Shown: piece after piece, positions 21,301-29,337 of the stretch
How the letters are laid out: every line of letters begins with the position of its first letter
Position numbering within the stretch: position 1 is the first letter of the stretch
NCBI GenBank assembly: GCA_964583615.1
Contig: CAZOWM010000003.1
Span: forward strand, 30,934-94,933
Source of the DNA: an uncultured Spirochaetota bacterium
Lineage (GTDB): Bacteria > Spirochaetota > B62-G9 > DRHN01
DNA: 64,000 nt
Direction: 5' to 3'
Program-made: the position numbers and the translations under genes
The notes under the pieces: generated by a model
The model's database searches: none
The model's input: the letters and a program-made list of their open reading frames with translations, nothing else
What the model was told of the DNA's origin: nothing

Positions 21301-21702
21301 GGATTCCACAAAGTTTGCGTAGTCGCATCCCTTGTAGAACCTGCGGTCGGAATATCTTCGCAAGCGGGCGAGCTGAAAGTCAATATCGAGTAAACCGTTT
21401 TCATCTTCGCCGGTCATTTTTGCAGGGGGATACCCCTCTGCATAAATATTGTTGAAAACCGATCCAAGCGCTTCAAGAACAGGAGCGGGGCAGATGCTCT
21501 CTGACGGAATCATCACGATCTTTCGGGTTTGCCGCTCCTGCTCGAAATCGATAAGTTTTTTTACCTCCGGATCAATGTCTTCAAGCGCTTTCCTGAGATA
21601 ATAATCGATGAAAGTTTCTGTGCTCACGTTTTTTCCCCATCCGATAGATTGGAAAATGAATACGCAGGGATTGTACTTCACGCTATCCGTGTTTATTCGC
21701 AA
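18346..21702 (-). CDS. glyA/gcvT: fusion protein: serine hydroxymethyltransferase (N-terminal ~470 aa), partial GcvT-like folate-binding module, complete aminomethyltransferase GcvT (C-terminal ~400 aa)
   Basis: Single 1118-aa ORF. The N-terminal part carries SHMT motifs (VLEALGS..YAEGYP, TTHKTLFGPRGAI with the PLP lysine). The middle has GVLLLKGERVHRFIEQVTTNSV, which is GcvT-like. The C-terminal part is a complete GcvT (GIFDISHMG...GARDSLRIEAGLPLYGHEL). Confidence 0.8.
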   Translation of the reverse strand: MRINTDSVKYNPCVFIFQSIGWGKNVSTETFIDYYLRKALEDIDPEVKKLIDFEQERQTRKIVMIPSESICPAPVLEALGSVFNNIYAEGYPPAKMTGEDENGLLDIDFQLARLRRYSDRRFYKGCDYANFVESLAGRRAAELFATERTPANCIHVNVQPLSGAAANNSVYDTFVHPGDVVMGLSLMHGGHLTHGSEFNRSGKNYTIVSYEVDAATGRLNYDDIMDLAETHRPKMIIAGYTSYPWAPDWEKFRQIADAVDAVLFADISHPAGLIVGGVYPNPIDYADVVTCTTHKTLFGPRGAIIMTANEEYGRMIDQSVFPGEQGGPHVNKFAAMAVAFRIAQSEEFKRAQKAIVRNAAYLARALENEGMTLAYGGTDTHLLLLDLGKIKTESGFPLKGEIGVRMLDLCGIVANKNTIPGDTMTAEASGIRLGTPWITQRGITKQGIEKLAGIIAFVLKNIRPFTYLGLTGDLPRGKVDYGVLREARRRVADLAGSLSSERASLGTGYPHYTVFTPVRPFSAENTHGVLLLKGERVHRFIEQVTTNSVGRRAKGEGCYSFFFDRGGKLLAFTYVFRESADEYCVVCRPEDGEDLREWLRGVADGYVEFDSEDIFKKVEGPAQIYDFHELSAGDRERIARSVKALGIEETAFSAFGRGEDVRDLAARAPQFIDMSKPYFVAQSMIASSRDGAEKEFVFGEGQKPVKKSCLYAEHVKLTKSLVEFAGWLMPVKYEGIVEEHRTVREACGIFDISHMGIIEVRGEYAESFLDIVTTNYVPWITNWESQYSYLLDPDGGVIDDIMVYRVGNERYIIIVNAVNSDRDLEWMKAVKSGDVPAGRNNPTLRPPGGVEIRNLKNRAWGVDCLVNIALQGPNSLLVLKALAGSAGCSKKLERVQKTQFIEAEIAGIRMYVSRTGYTGEDTGFELLLHPDAAVRFWNAVLDQGARFGVKPIGLGARDSLRIEAGLPLYGHELAGELGISPVEAGFGSYVKLHKPFFIGRNALMRNMNSMKMEIVRFRMSRPGVRIARTDDIVVAKRGQKIIGMVTSCALGTDGVQVGMAYVDRRYAREGTPIGVIACQREEKEKKTASERPRIGDRVQLHDDARIISRFPEEGRFTE

Positions 21703-22771
21703 ACCGCCTCATAAAATCTGCAACCCTCTCTATGTCTTCCACTCCGTGACTATTGTATATGGATATCCGAATCCCTCCCACCGAGCGATGCCCCTTGATT
21801 CCGATGATTCCTTCCGATGCTGCATCCTCGATAAACCGTGCCTCGAGCGTGTCGTCTGTGAGATTGAAAGTGATGTTCATATCCGAACGGCTCTCCTTTT
21901 CAACCCGCGACAAAAAGAACGGGGAATTCTCGTCGATGAGTGTGTAGAGTATTTCAGCCTTTTTTTTGTTCTGCGCTTCGATGAAATCAAGCCCTCCTTT
22001 TTTCTCTACCCACTTCAGCATGTTTCTCATCATATACACGCAGAAGCAGCAGGGCGTATTATAGAGAGAGTTTTTCTCAACGAGCGTCCTGTAACTGAGA
22101 ATATCAGGGAGTGAAGGGAGTGCCCTTTTCACTAAGTCGTCCCGTATGAGCACAACCGTGACGCCGGCAGGCCCGAGATTTTTCTGCGCCCCCGCATAAA
22201 TCAATCCAATACCGGAAAAATCAATTCTTCTGGAGAATATATCGCTCGACATGTCCGCAACAATGGGAACTCCCTCAATATCGGGGAACTCTCTCCATTG
22301 TGTTCCAAAAATCGTATTGTTTGAGGTGAGGTGGCAGTAAACCGAGCCCTTTACAATATGTATCTCATCCTGTTTCGGTATACGGAAATATTTCCCTTCG
22401 GCCTCTGTAGACACGGCAAGATGGACCTCTTTCAGGGTTTTTGCGGTCTTGTATGCATTGTTTGAAAACCGCCCTGTAACAATATAGTCAGCCGCATCGC
22501 CCTCTCCGAGCAGATTCATCGGTATCATCGCAAACTGCAGCGACGCTCCCCCCTGCAGAAGAAGAATGTGAAAATTTCTTGGAATACCGTAGAGCCCTCG
22601 CAAAAGTTCAATTGCTTCCTGATGAACCGCACTGTATTCCTTTGAACGATGGCTTATCTCCAAAACGGACATACCGGTTCCGCCCCAGTCCAGAAGCTCT
22701 CTCTGCGCCTGCTCGAGTGTTTCTAACGGCAGAGCCGAAGGACCCGGGTAAAAATTCATTACTCTTTTCAT
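21683..22771 (-). CDS. serC: phosphoserine aminotransferase
   Basis: Start MKRVMNFYPGPSALP (ATG 22771) forms ATGA coupling with the stop of the upstream small ORF. Class V aminotransferase; SerC-like throughout. Confidence 0.85.
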   Translation of the reverse strand: MKRVMNFYPGPSALPLETLEQAQRELLDWGGTGMSVLEISHRSKEYSAVHQEAIELLRGLYGIPRNFHILLLQGGASLQFAMIPMNLLGEGDAADYIVTGRFSNNAYKTAKTLKEVHLAVSTEAEGKYFRIPKQDEIHIVKGSVYCHLTSNNTIFGTQWREFPDIEGVPIVADMSSDIFSRRIDFSGIGLIYAGAQKNLGPAGVTVVLIRDDLVKRALPSLPDILSYRTLVEKNSLYNTPCCFCVYMMRNMLKWVEKKGGLDFIEAQNKKKAEILYTLIDENSPFFLSRVEKESRSDMNITFNLTDDTLEARFIEDAASEGIIGIKGHRSVGGIRISIYNSHGVEDIERVADFMRRFANKHG

Positions 22772-23067
22772 CGTCTGTTCCTCCATATGAACTGTGCTGC
22801 ATATCGGTCAAACTTCGCCCTGATCTCGTTTGACCGTTCTTCCGTTTCTTCCAGTTTCATCTCCTTGCAGTGATAGCCGAACATACCTTTCATGGTGATT
22901 AACCATAGGATTCCCATTTTCAACAGCGCATACGGGCCTGCACCGCCTTTGATGATGAGAATGGGCATCGAACCGCTCCGGCGATTTGCGGTGAGATGAA
23001 AATACTCTCGCAATCCACCCTTCAAATATCGCTCGATCTTATCTTCTCGTGGACCGCAAGTTGGCAT
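22768..23067 (-). CDS. hypothetical protein (99 aa or shorter)
   Basis: ORF whose stop overlaps the serC start (ATGA). No recognizable family. Confidence 0.3.
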   Translation of the reverse strand: MPTCGPREDKIERYLKGGLREYFHLTANRRSGSMPILIIKGGAGPYALLKMGILWLITMKGMFGYHCKEMKLEETEERSNEIRAKFDRYAAQFIWRNRR

Positions 23068-23106
23068 ATAGGTTCTCTCTATGGGATGATTAATATTTAT
23101 TCTAAT

Positions 23107-23133
23107 TTTTACATAATATTATATATTGTCAAG
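23107..23133 (-). promoter_or_regulatory. candidate promoter for the serC/gly operon
   Basis: A perfect TTGACA on the minus strand (plus tgtcaa 23128-23133), followed about 15 nt later by TGTAAAAAT (extended -10-like), inside a 245-bp AT-rich intergenic region. Confidence 0.25.
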
Positions 23134-23313
23134 CAAAATTACGTTATCAGAATTAAATATTATATATTTTACGAAATTAACGGATTCGGTGTGTATTCAT
23201 TCGATCTCGCGATATCCACGTTCAGCGTCTCTTGCGGTCTTATTGTAGTATACACTGAAGAGAGCAAAAAGGCATATACTTTTCAGGAGTATGGGGCGCC
23301 CTGATTCGGGCGT

Positions 23314-23589
23314 TCACTCGGAGTGTTTCTTTTTATGGGGAGGATGTTCGGAGGTTTTTTTCTTTTTTTCGAAAAAGCCTCCTATATCTCCGATCCTGTC
23401 GATGGATAATTTCGAGGCGTCGATGTTTTCCTTCTGGATCGCAAGGTACACCTCTTTTCTGTGCACCTTGATATCCCGGGGGGCTTTAATACCGAGCTTG
23501 ACCTGGTCACCTTTTACTTCGATGACGCTCACCTCAACAGAGTCCCCGATCATGATGCTTTCGTTGCGTTTCCGCGTGAGAACAAGCAT
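23314..23589 (-). CDS. csrA: carbon storage regulator CsrA (with C-terminal extension)
   Basis: [47 protein letters not shown] core. About 30 extra C-terminal residues, as in FliW-partnered CsrA proteins. Confidence 0.85.
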   Translation of the reverse strand: MLVLTRKRNESIMIGDSVEVSVIEVKGDQVKLGIKAPRDIKVHRKEVYLAIQKENIDASKLSIDRIGDIGGFFEKKKKTSEHPPHKKKHSE

Positions 23590-24047
23590 CAGCCGGTCTC
23601 CCTGAGAACGGCTTTTTTCTTTTTCATTTCCTCGAGAATATAGTGCTTCACTCCGTACGAGTCGTTCTCTGAAATGACCTGTTTTGCCGTTCTCGTACGC
23701 CTGTTTATGAGGATCGGTCCCATCAGATTTGCAGAGATCTTCGAGTGATCTTCGGGCACGGTCACAATCGCGAAATCGAGGAGGTCATCCTTCGATTTCA
23801 GGTTCAGAGCGTCCAAATCTGACACCTTTACCTCGATCTCGTAATCTTTTCGGAAAATACGGGGGTCCATAATGAGAAACGCGAGCTCCGGATACTCCTC
23901 GGACTGGAGCCAGTAAAACGGGCCTTCTCGGGAATCGAGGAGAAAATAATTCAAAATACCCTCGAAACCAATGATTCCTTCCGGAAAACGGATCCTCTGG
24001 TGCTCGTCAACTTCAATTTCTCCATAAGGTTTTGTCTTGATCTTCAT
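23589..24047 (-). CDS. fliW: flagellar assembly factor FliW
   Basis: ~150 aa ([30 protein letters not shown]), a FliW-family match. Stop overlaps the csrA start by 1 nt. Confidence 0.8.
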   Translation of the reverse strand: MKIKTKPYGEIEVDEHQRIRFPEGIIGFEGILNYFLLDSREGPFYWLQSEEYPELAFLIMDPRIFRKDYEIEVKVSDLDALNLKSKDDLLDFAIVTVPEDHSKISANLMGPILINRRTRTAKQVISENDSYGVKHYILEEMKKKKAVLRETG

Positions 24048-24059
24048 ACGTTGCACTCC

Positions 24060-25295
24060 TTACCGCAGGAAATCTAAAAGAGTTGGCTGTATAATGCGGG
24101 CCGAAACCCCGAGAGCAGACCTGTATGCGAGCTCCAGCGTTTTCAGCTTTGTGATCTGCTCAGCCACATCAACATCCTCATTTTTCGAGAGAATATCCTC
24201 AAAATCGGTTCTGTCGTGGATAATCCTCATCTTGACTATGTCGAGCCTGTTTGCCCGCGCACCAAGCTCCGCACGGTATTTGAGGATGTTCTCGAGCGCG
24301 AGGTCCATTCCTCCAAGCGCCCTGCTGCCGAGGTCCTCGACATCATTCATATAGAGGGAATCTCGGAGACGCTTTACCATGTCAAACACACTTCCACCGA
24401 AATGGCGCGCAGTTGGAGAGATGTTCTTCGGCGGAGTGTCACCGGAGATGACACCAAGGTCACGCATTACCGTGCTGCCCTTTATGTCTTCAACCCAGAT
24501 ATCACGGGCTGAAGAGGTTTCGAGAATGATTCCTCCATTCATTCTATTTACCGAAGCCCGGATGGGTATCTGCGCGTTGTTCAACCTTTGCACGATCATT
24601 TCGATGTTGTCCCCTGCCTTGAGCGGTACCTCCACGCCATTGATTCTCACGGTCGAGTCTGCCGGGACAATGTAGTCTGTCGCGTCAACCGAGGAAAACA
24701 CCGAAACATTTTCTGCCCAGAACGCCTCGTTTCCGGGAACGTTCACAGAAACGATCGACTCGCGGCTAATTTCTCTGTTGAGCTTTCCCATATCTCCGAA
24801 ATACTCAACAGTATCCACCACATCCCTTCCTGCATATTTAAAAAACGTTCTCCTTACCTTGAAGGGATCCTCGAGTGTATCGTTTCCCGCGAAAAGCGCC
24901 TTACCCTTGTACTTCGTATTCGCGATACTGATAAGCTCTTCGAGCAGATCCTCCACCTCTGCGGCGATTTTCGCCCTATCCTCTTTTGTGTATATACCGT
25001 TCGCCCCCTGGACTCCGAGCTCCCGGATTCTCTGCAGTATATCCGTTGCACTCCCGAGAGCGGCGTCAGCGAGGTTCAGCCTGGCCTTTCCGTCATCGAC
25101 ATTTTTCTCAAACTGTTCAAGTTCGAAGAGGACCCTGTTGTACCCTATGGAGTGGCCCACTTCCACCGGGTTTTCTCTGGGAAGGCGGTTTTTCCGCCCT
25201 GTCGCTACGTTGTTCTGAATATTCAGCATCTTCTCAGCGTTTCTCTTTACAATGTTAATCAGATTGTCGCCGATCATGCCGGATGTTACGCGCAT
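24060..25295 (-). CDS. flgL: flagellar hook-associated protein 3
   Basis: 411 aa. Flagellin-like N-terminal (MRVTSGMIGDNLI...) and C-terminal helices with a shortened central domain: FlgL family. Confidence 0.8.
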   Translation of the reverse strand: MRVTSGMIGDNLINIVKRNAEKMLNIQNNVATGRKNRLPRENPVEVGHSIGYNRVLFELEQFEKNVDDGKARLNLADAALGSATDILQRIRELGVQGANGIYTKEDRAKIAAEVEDLLEELISIANTKYKGKALFAGNDTLEDPFKVRRTFFKYAGRDVVDTVEYFGDMGKLNREISRESIVSVNVPGNEAFWAENVSVFSSVDATDYIVPADSTVRINGVEVPLKAGDNIEMIVQRLNNAQIPIRASVNRMNGGIILETSSARDIWVEDIKGSTVMRDLGVISGDTPPKNISPTARHFGGSVFDMVKRLRDSLYMNDVEDLGSRALGGMDLALENILKYRAELGARANRLDIVKMRIIHDRTDFEDILSKNEDVDVAEQITKLKTLELAYRSALGVSARIIQPTLLDFLR

Positions 25296-25333
25296 TGTTT
25301 ATCATACCTCCATAAAAAATATGCCCAGAACTT

Positions 25334-27193
25334 CTACAGCATTCTGTTGATCAGCACCTCGAGCATTTTGTTCACCTCTGTCACAAACCTGGCTGCAGCT
25401 GCATAGCCGTGCTGGAACTTGACGAGGTTCACAAGTTCTTCATCGATGTTGACCCCCGATATTGACTTTCTTAGATTTGTCAGGTTTTCAACGATCAGGG
25501 TACGGTTACTTTTCTCATTTTCTGCGCTTTCGCCCTTCAAACCCGTGTGCGTTATGAGCGCTTGATAGTATTCGTTGAGCGTCTGGCTTCCCCCGATCAT
25601 TACTCTGTCAAACCGCAATCCCGCAATTTTGAGTGCATTGTCGCCGTTTCCTGCACCGTCCGCAACATCCGGAATCTCGTCACCGTTCGCATCGGTGCCG
25701 GTGCTCGCTGCAATCGACTCCACTTCGTTGACAATTCCTTCTGAGAGTGATATCCACGAGGAAGGGTGTGCCTTCGGGGTGACCGTATATGTTCCTGAAA
25801 TAGCCTCCGTCATTCCAGGTGCACGGTAATCAAATGCCCCATCCTCTCCCCGCGCAGCGAGTACCCCCGCATACTGCCCGAGGAAATCGCCGGAATCCTC
25901 GAGGTGGGTGATAAAAAACTCAGCAGTGTCCGACCGTGCAACAAGACGGCCCTCACTGTTGAGAACAAACTTTATGTTCGCCCCTGAATTGTTCACCTTC
26001 ATGACGATATCGGCAATTCTATCCGTTTCGGTGTATTCAACTTGAATGCCGTTGTTCAAAGTAATGCTTCCCCGGATGCCCGCAACGTCATCCGTGTCAA
26101 TAACCCGGGTTCCGGTAATCCGGTATAGTGCGGTTCCGTCAACGATACCGTCGCGGTTGAAGTCATGATCTCCTGTCTGATTTATTGCAATAGGGATCTC
26201 CTTGAAAAAGTCTATTCCGGTTCTCAGGTTGAGACCGAACCCTTTGCGGTGAATCTCGTTCACCATGTCCATCAAGCTGAACGCAAATGTGTCGAGAGAG
26301 TCGATCTGATACTTCAACTCGACGTCCCTCGCTTCGAGGAGAGCTTTGAGCTCCCCTGACCTGAGCTCGAGTGGGGAGCCGTCCTCCCTCCACACAACAT
26401 CGGAATACCCCTCGTTTTGCGGGTTCGTCCTCAACTCAAGCTGTTCATAGTGCTTCCCCTGCACGAGATGTTTTCCGCCGATGTACACAAAATATTCATC
26501 TCTGTCGCTCCTACCGATGTGTATGTTTACATACTCGGAGAGCTTTTCGGAGAGCAGATCACGTTTGTCCCAGAGATCATTGGGATTATCGCCCGCGGCT
26601 TCAGAACGGAGGATCTCTCCGTTAAGCTTTGCGATCTGCCGTGCCAGAGAGTTGATTTCCTCTACACGCGCCTGCACCGCCATTTCGATATTGTCCCGTA
26701 TGGCTTTCAGTGCAGTGTAGTTCGCATTGAGTTGCCGTGTGAGTGCATCACCGTACTCCCTTACCGATTGACGAACCCCGATTTCCTCGGGGTTGTTTGC
26801 CAGCGCCTGCCAGGATGCCCAGAACTTGTCGAGAAGGTACATTATGCTTCTGTCAGTCGGTTCATTATGCACGAGTTCCACCTTATAAAGCCAGTCGTTC
26901 ATCCCTCTCCAGAAAGCAAGGTCGTTGGTTTCCTTGAGAATTCGATCTTCGAGGAGCATATCCCGTGCCCGAAGTATTTTTTCCACCTGGACTCCCTGCC
27001 CGATCTGGCCTGGCGTCATCTCTCTTGTCAATCCCGGGATATAGAGAGGATCGAACACTTCCAGGGTAATCTTCTGACGTGAATAACCTTCTGTTTCCGT
27101 GTTTGCAACATTGTGGCCCGTCACATGCAGCGCCGCCTGATGCGTTATGAGCCCCCGTTTCCCCAGCTCTATACCAGCAAACGTGGATTCCAT
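25334..27193 (-). CDS. flgK: flagellar hook-associated protein 1
   Basis: 619 aa. N-terminal rod/hook motif MESTFAGIELGKRGLITHQAALHVTGHNVANTETEGYSRQ and a conserved FlgK C-terminus. Confidence 0.85.
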   Translation of the reverse strand: MESTFAGIELGKRGLITHQAALHVTGHNVANTETEGYSRQKITLEVFDPLYIPGLTREMTPGQIGQGVQVEKILRARDMLLEDRILKETNDLAFWRGMNDWLYKVELVHNEPTDRSIMYLLDKFWASWQALANNPEEIGVRQSVREYGDALTRQLNANYTALKAIRDNIEMAVQARVEEINSLARQIAKLNGEILRSEAAGDNPNDLWDKRDLLSEKLSEYVNIHIGRSDRDEYFVYIGGKHLVQGKHYEQLELRTNPQNEGYSDVVWREDGSPLELRSGELKALLEARDVELKYQIDSLDTFAFSLMDMVNEIHRKGFGLNLRTGIDFFKEIPIAINQTGDHDFNRDGIVDGTALYRITGTRVIDTDDVAGIRGSITLNNGIQVEYTETDRIADIVMKVNNSGANIKFVLNSEGRLVARSDTAEFFITHLEDSGDFLGQYAGVLAARGEDGAFDYRAPGMTEAISGTYTVTPKAHPSSWISLSEGIVNEVESIAASTGTDANGDEIPDVADGAGNGDNALKIAGLRFDRVMIGGSQTLNEYYQALITHTGLKGESAENEKSNRTLIVENLTNLRKSISGVNIDEELVNLVKFQHGYAAAARFVTEVNKMLEVLINRML

Positions 27194-27206
27194 TTTCTCA
27201 CCTCTC

Positions 27207-27698
27207 TCATGCCTTTACATCAAATACAAAAGAAGAAACCTTTTTCCCTGAGGGGCTTTCCTTCCCGTTTACGGAATAGGTATTCCCCTTTGCCCCCATG
27301 CGGGAAAAAAGTGAGATGGAAAAATCGACAATCTCAAGACTGTTTTTAAGCAGTTTTTCTATATTCGCATTCAAAACCTTCTGCTCTTTTATCAGTGCAA
27401 TCAGACGGGTGCTGCTCTTCTCAAGCTCGTCGTGCAGACCGGCAGGAAGAGAAAGCTTTACGTCGGAAAGTGTTGCCTCTTTTCGGCCGCACAGCTTTTC
27501 GAGTATGTCGAGACGAACCTGCTCGGTATTCTCAATCTTTTTCAGAATATCTCTGCTATGGGAAAGGTATGCTTCGAGCCCTTTCCAGTCCTGATTGACG
27601 ATCGCGGAGAGCTTTTTCTGCTCAAAACTCAGCAGCTCTTTGTGCTGCCCTATGAGCACATCAAGTACCATCAGGAGTTCTCTCATGATCTTTTCCAT
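27207..27698 (-). CDS. flgN: FlgN-like flagellar export chaperone
   Basis: 163-aa helical protein directly upstream of flgK in the same orientation. Weak FlgN-family resemblance, supported by position. Confidence 0.5.
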   Translation of the reverse strand: MEKIMRELLMVLDVLIGQHKELLSFEQKKLSAIVNQDWKGLEAYLSHSRDILKKIENTEQVRLDILEKLCGRKEATLSDVKLSLPAGLHDELEKSSTRLIALIKEQKVLNANIEKLLKNSLEIVDFSISLFSRMGAKGNTYSVNGKESPSGKKVSSFVFDVKA

Positions 27699-27804
27699 GG
27701 CCTATCCTCAGACGTATTCTTTATCTTAGTTTCGGCGATATTTTTGATTTCATAATAGGGATTATTGTATATATTCCACCCATTCTGAAGAGGAGCACCG
27801 CTAC

Positions 27805-28701
27805 ATGCAGGATATGCGTTCGCAGGTTTTTGCACACCTCGCTCTTGTATTCACCGTACTATTCTGGGGGATGTCGTTTGTGAGCACGAAGATGGTTCTC
27901 AATACGGGGTTCCCACCGGTGACAATCGCCCTCATCCGTTTTTCCATTGCCGGATGTATACTCTTTCCTCTGCAAAAATTGCTGGCGCCTTCGGATAAAT
28001 TCAAGCCGCGGACCGTCGTTTACATGATGCTCGGTGGCCTCACCGGGGTGACTTTGTATTTTTTCTGTGAAAACAACGGTATCATGCGTACCACCGCGTC
28101 AAATGCCGCATTGATCATTGCTACGATTCCGGTGTTCACCCTCATCGCAGAGAGGCTATTCTTCAATCACAAGATACGGTTCTATCAGGCGGGAGCGATT
28201 CTTTTATCGATCGTCGGTGTGTATTTCCTCATCAATCCGGACGGCATGGCGGTTTCAGACACGGGCAGTCTTCACGGAAACCTCTTCATGCTTGGTGCGT
28301 GTCTTTCGTGGGTGTGCTATATCATTATCAGCAAGAAACTTCATGTTCACTATTCGGGACTTGCAATGAGCACCTATCACTCTCTGTTCGGTGCTCTGTT
28401 TCTCATTCCCCTCGCCCTCCTTGAGCGGAACGCGTGGGCGAGAATCGACATGTTTATGTGGATGCACATCCTCTATCTGAGCATTATTTGCTCTGCCGCA
28501 GCATATTTTCTCTATCTCTTCGCCCTCTCACGGCTCGAACCCACGGTCGTTTCTTCATACATAAATCTCATTCCTGTGACAGGAGCAATCGGCGGTGTGT
28601 CGATGCTCGGAGATCGTCTTCTCCCCGTACAGATTCTCGGAGCCTGCACGGTAATTATTGGTGTGGTTTTTGTAAATCTGCGGTTTCCTCTCCGTGCATG
28701 A
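27805..28701 (+). CDS. EamA/DMT-family transporter
   Basis: 298 aa, 10 predicted TM helices, two EamA repeats (FWGMSFVSTK...; ...SWVCYII). Confidence 0.8.
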   Translation: MQDMRSQVFAHLALVFTVLFWGMSFVSTKMVLNTGFPPVTIALIRFSIAGCILFPLQKLLAPSDKFKPRTVVYMMLGGLTGVTLYFFCENNGIMRTTASNAALIIATIPVFTLIAERLFFNHKIRFYQAGAILLSIVGVYFLINPDGMAVSDTGSLHGNLFMLGACLSWVCYIIISKKLHVHYSGLAMSTYHSLFGALFLIPLALLERNAWARIDMFMWMHILYLSIICSAAAYFLYLFALSRLEPTVVSSYINLIPVTGAIGGVSMLGDRLLPVQILGACTVIIGVVFVNLRFPLRA

Positions 28702-28713
28702 CCCTTTTTTTGC

Positions 28714-29076
28714 TCAATCTACGTTCCACAGGAGAAGTTTATTCCCTTCCTTATCCTTGAAAGTGCCTGCCGCAATCAGGATAAGGTCCACGAGTGAGCC
28801 GATCCCAGCAAGTCCAAACGTGAAAAGCCACAGGATTCCCGTTCCGATTCTTCCCACATAAAACCGGTGAATACCAAACACGCCGAGAAACCAGCAAAGA
28901 AGAATTGCAACGAGCCTCGACTTTTCACTGGCCCCCTCTTTTCCCTCAAGCTTTTCCTTCAGTGGGCCCAGTGCACGGCCGCATTTCGGGCAGACAACAG
29001 CATCCTTATGAATGATTTCTCCGCAATACTCGCAGTACTTATTGTCTGATATTATTTCCTGTCCCTCGTTTTCCAT
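28714..29076 (-). CDS. TM2-domain protein with N-terminal zinc-ribbon
   Basis: CEYCGEI..CPKCG zinc ribbon followed by the TM2 signature (LLCWFLGVFGIHRFYVGRIGTGILWLFTFG). Start MENEGQ preferred. Confidence 0.6.
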   Translation of the reverse strand: MENEGQEIISDNKYCEYCGEIIHKDAVVCPKCGRALGPLKEKLEGKEGASEKSRLVAILLCWFLGVFGIHRFYVGRIGTGILWLFTFGLAGIGSLVDLILIAAGTFKDKEGNKLLLWNVD

Positions 29077-29337
29077 TTCCTTTCTCCGGTTCCTGTGCTC
29101 ATACACGGCTCATATAGATTTATTATACGTTGATTATTACGGTTGTTCAAAGAATATTCACTTCTCAAAAACAGACAGACACTTTCAGTGAACGCAATTC
29201 ACTATTCCCGGCCGCAGATCATGTTCACACAGCACACACGAAAAGCACCTCGACACAGGCCGGGAAAACGGCGGCACTTGACAAAGGTCTTTTTCCCAGT
29301 TATGCTCGAATCCATCAAAGAGCGGAGGGAGTAAAGT

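Noticed and set aside
20089-21393. 434-aa plus-strand ORF
   Set aside because: Lies entirely antisense to the glyA-gcvT fusion gene. It has no recognizable domains and is a shadow ORF of a GC-rich coding region.
23068-23313. Looked for a glycine riboswitch ahead of the gcv/ser operon
   Set aside because: Neither aptamer core (GGAGAG...CUCUGGAGAG...ACCGAAGGGGCAA) is present. Only a chance ACACCGAAUCCG.
24588-25406. 272-aa plus-strand ORF
   Set aside because: Antisense to flgL and the flgK 3' end. It has low complexity and no family resemblance, so it is a shadow ORF.
27699-27804. Looked for a sigma28 (TAAA-N15-GCCGATAA) promoter upstream of flgN
   Set aside because: Only a partial GCCGAAAC-like element on the minus strand, and no correctly spaced -35 TAAA. 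Not callable.
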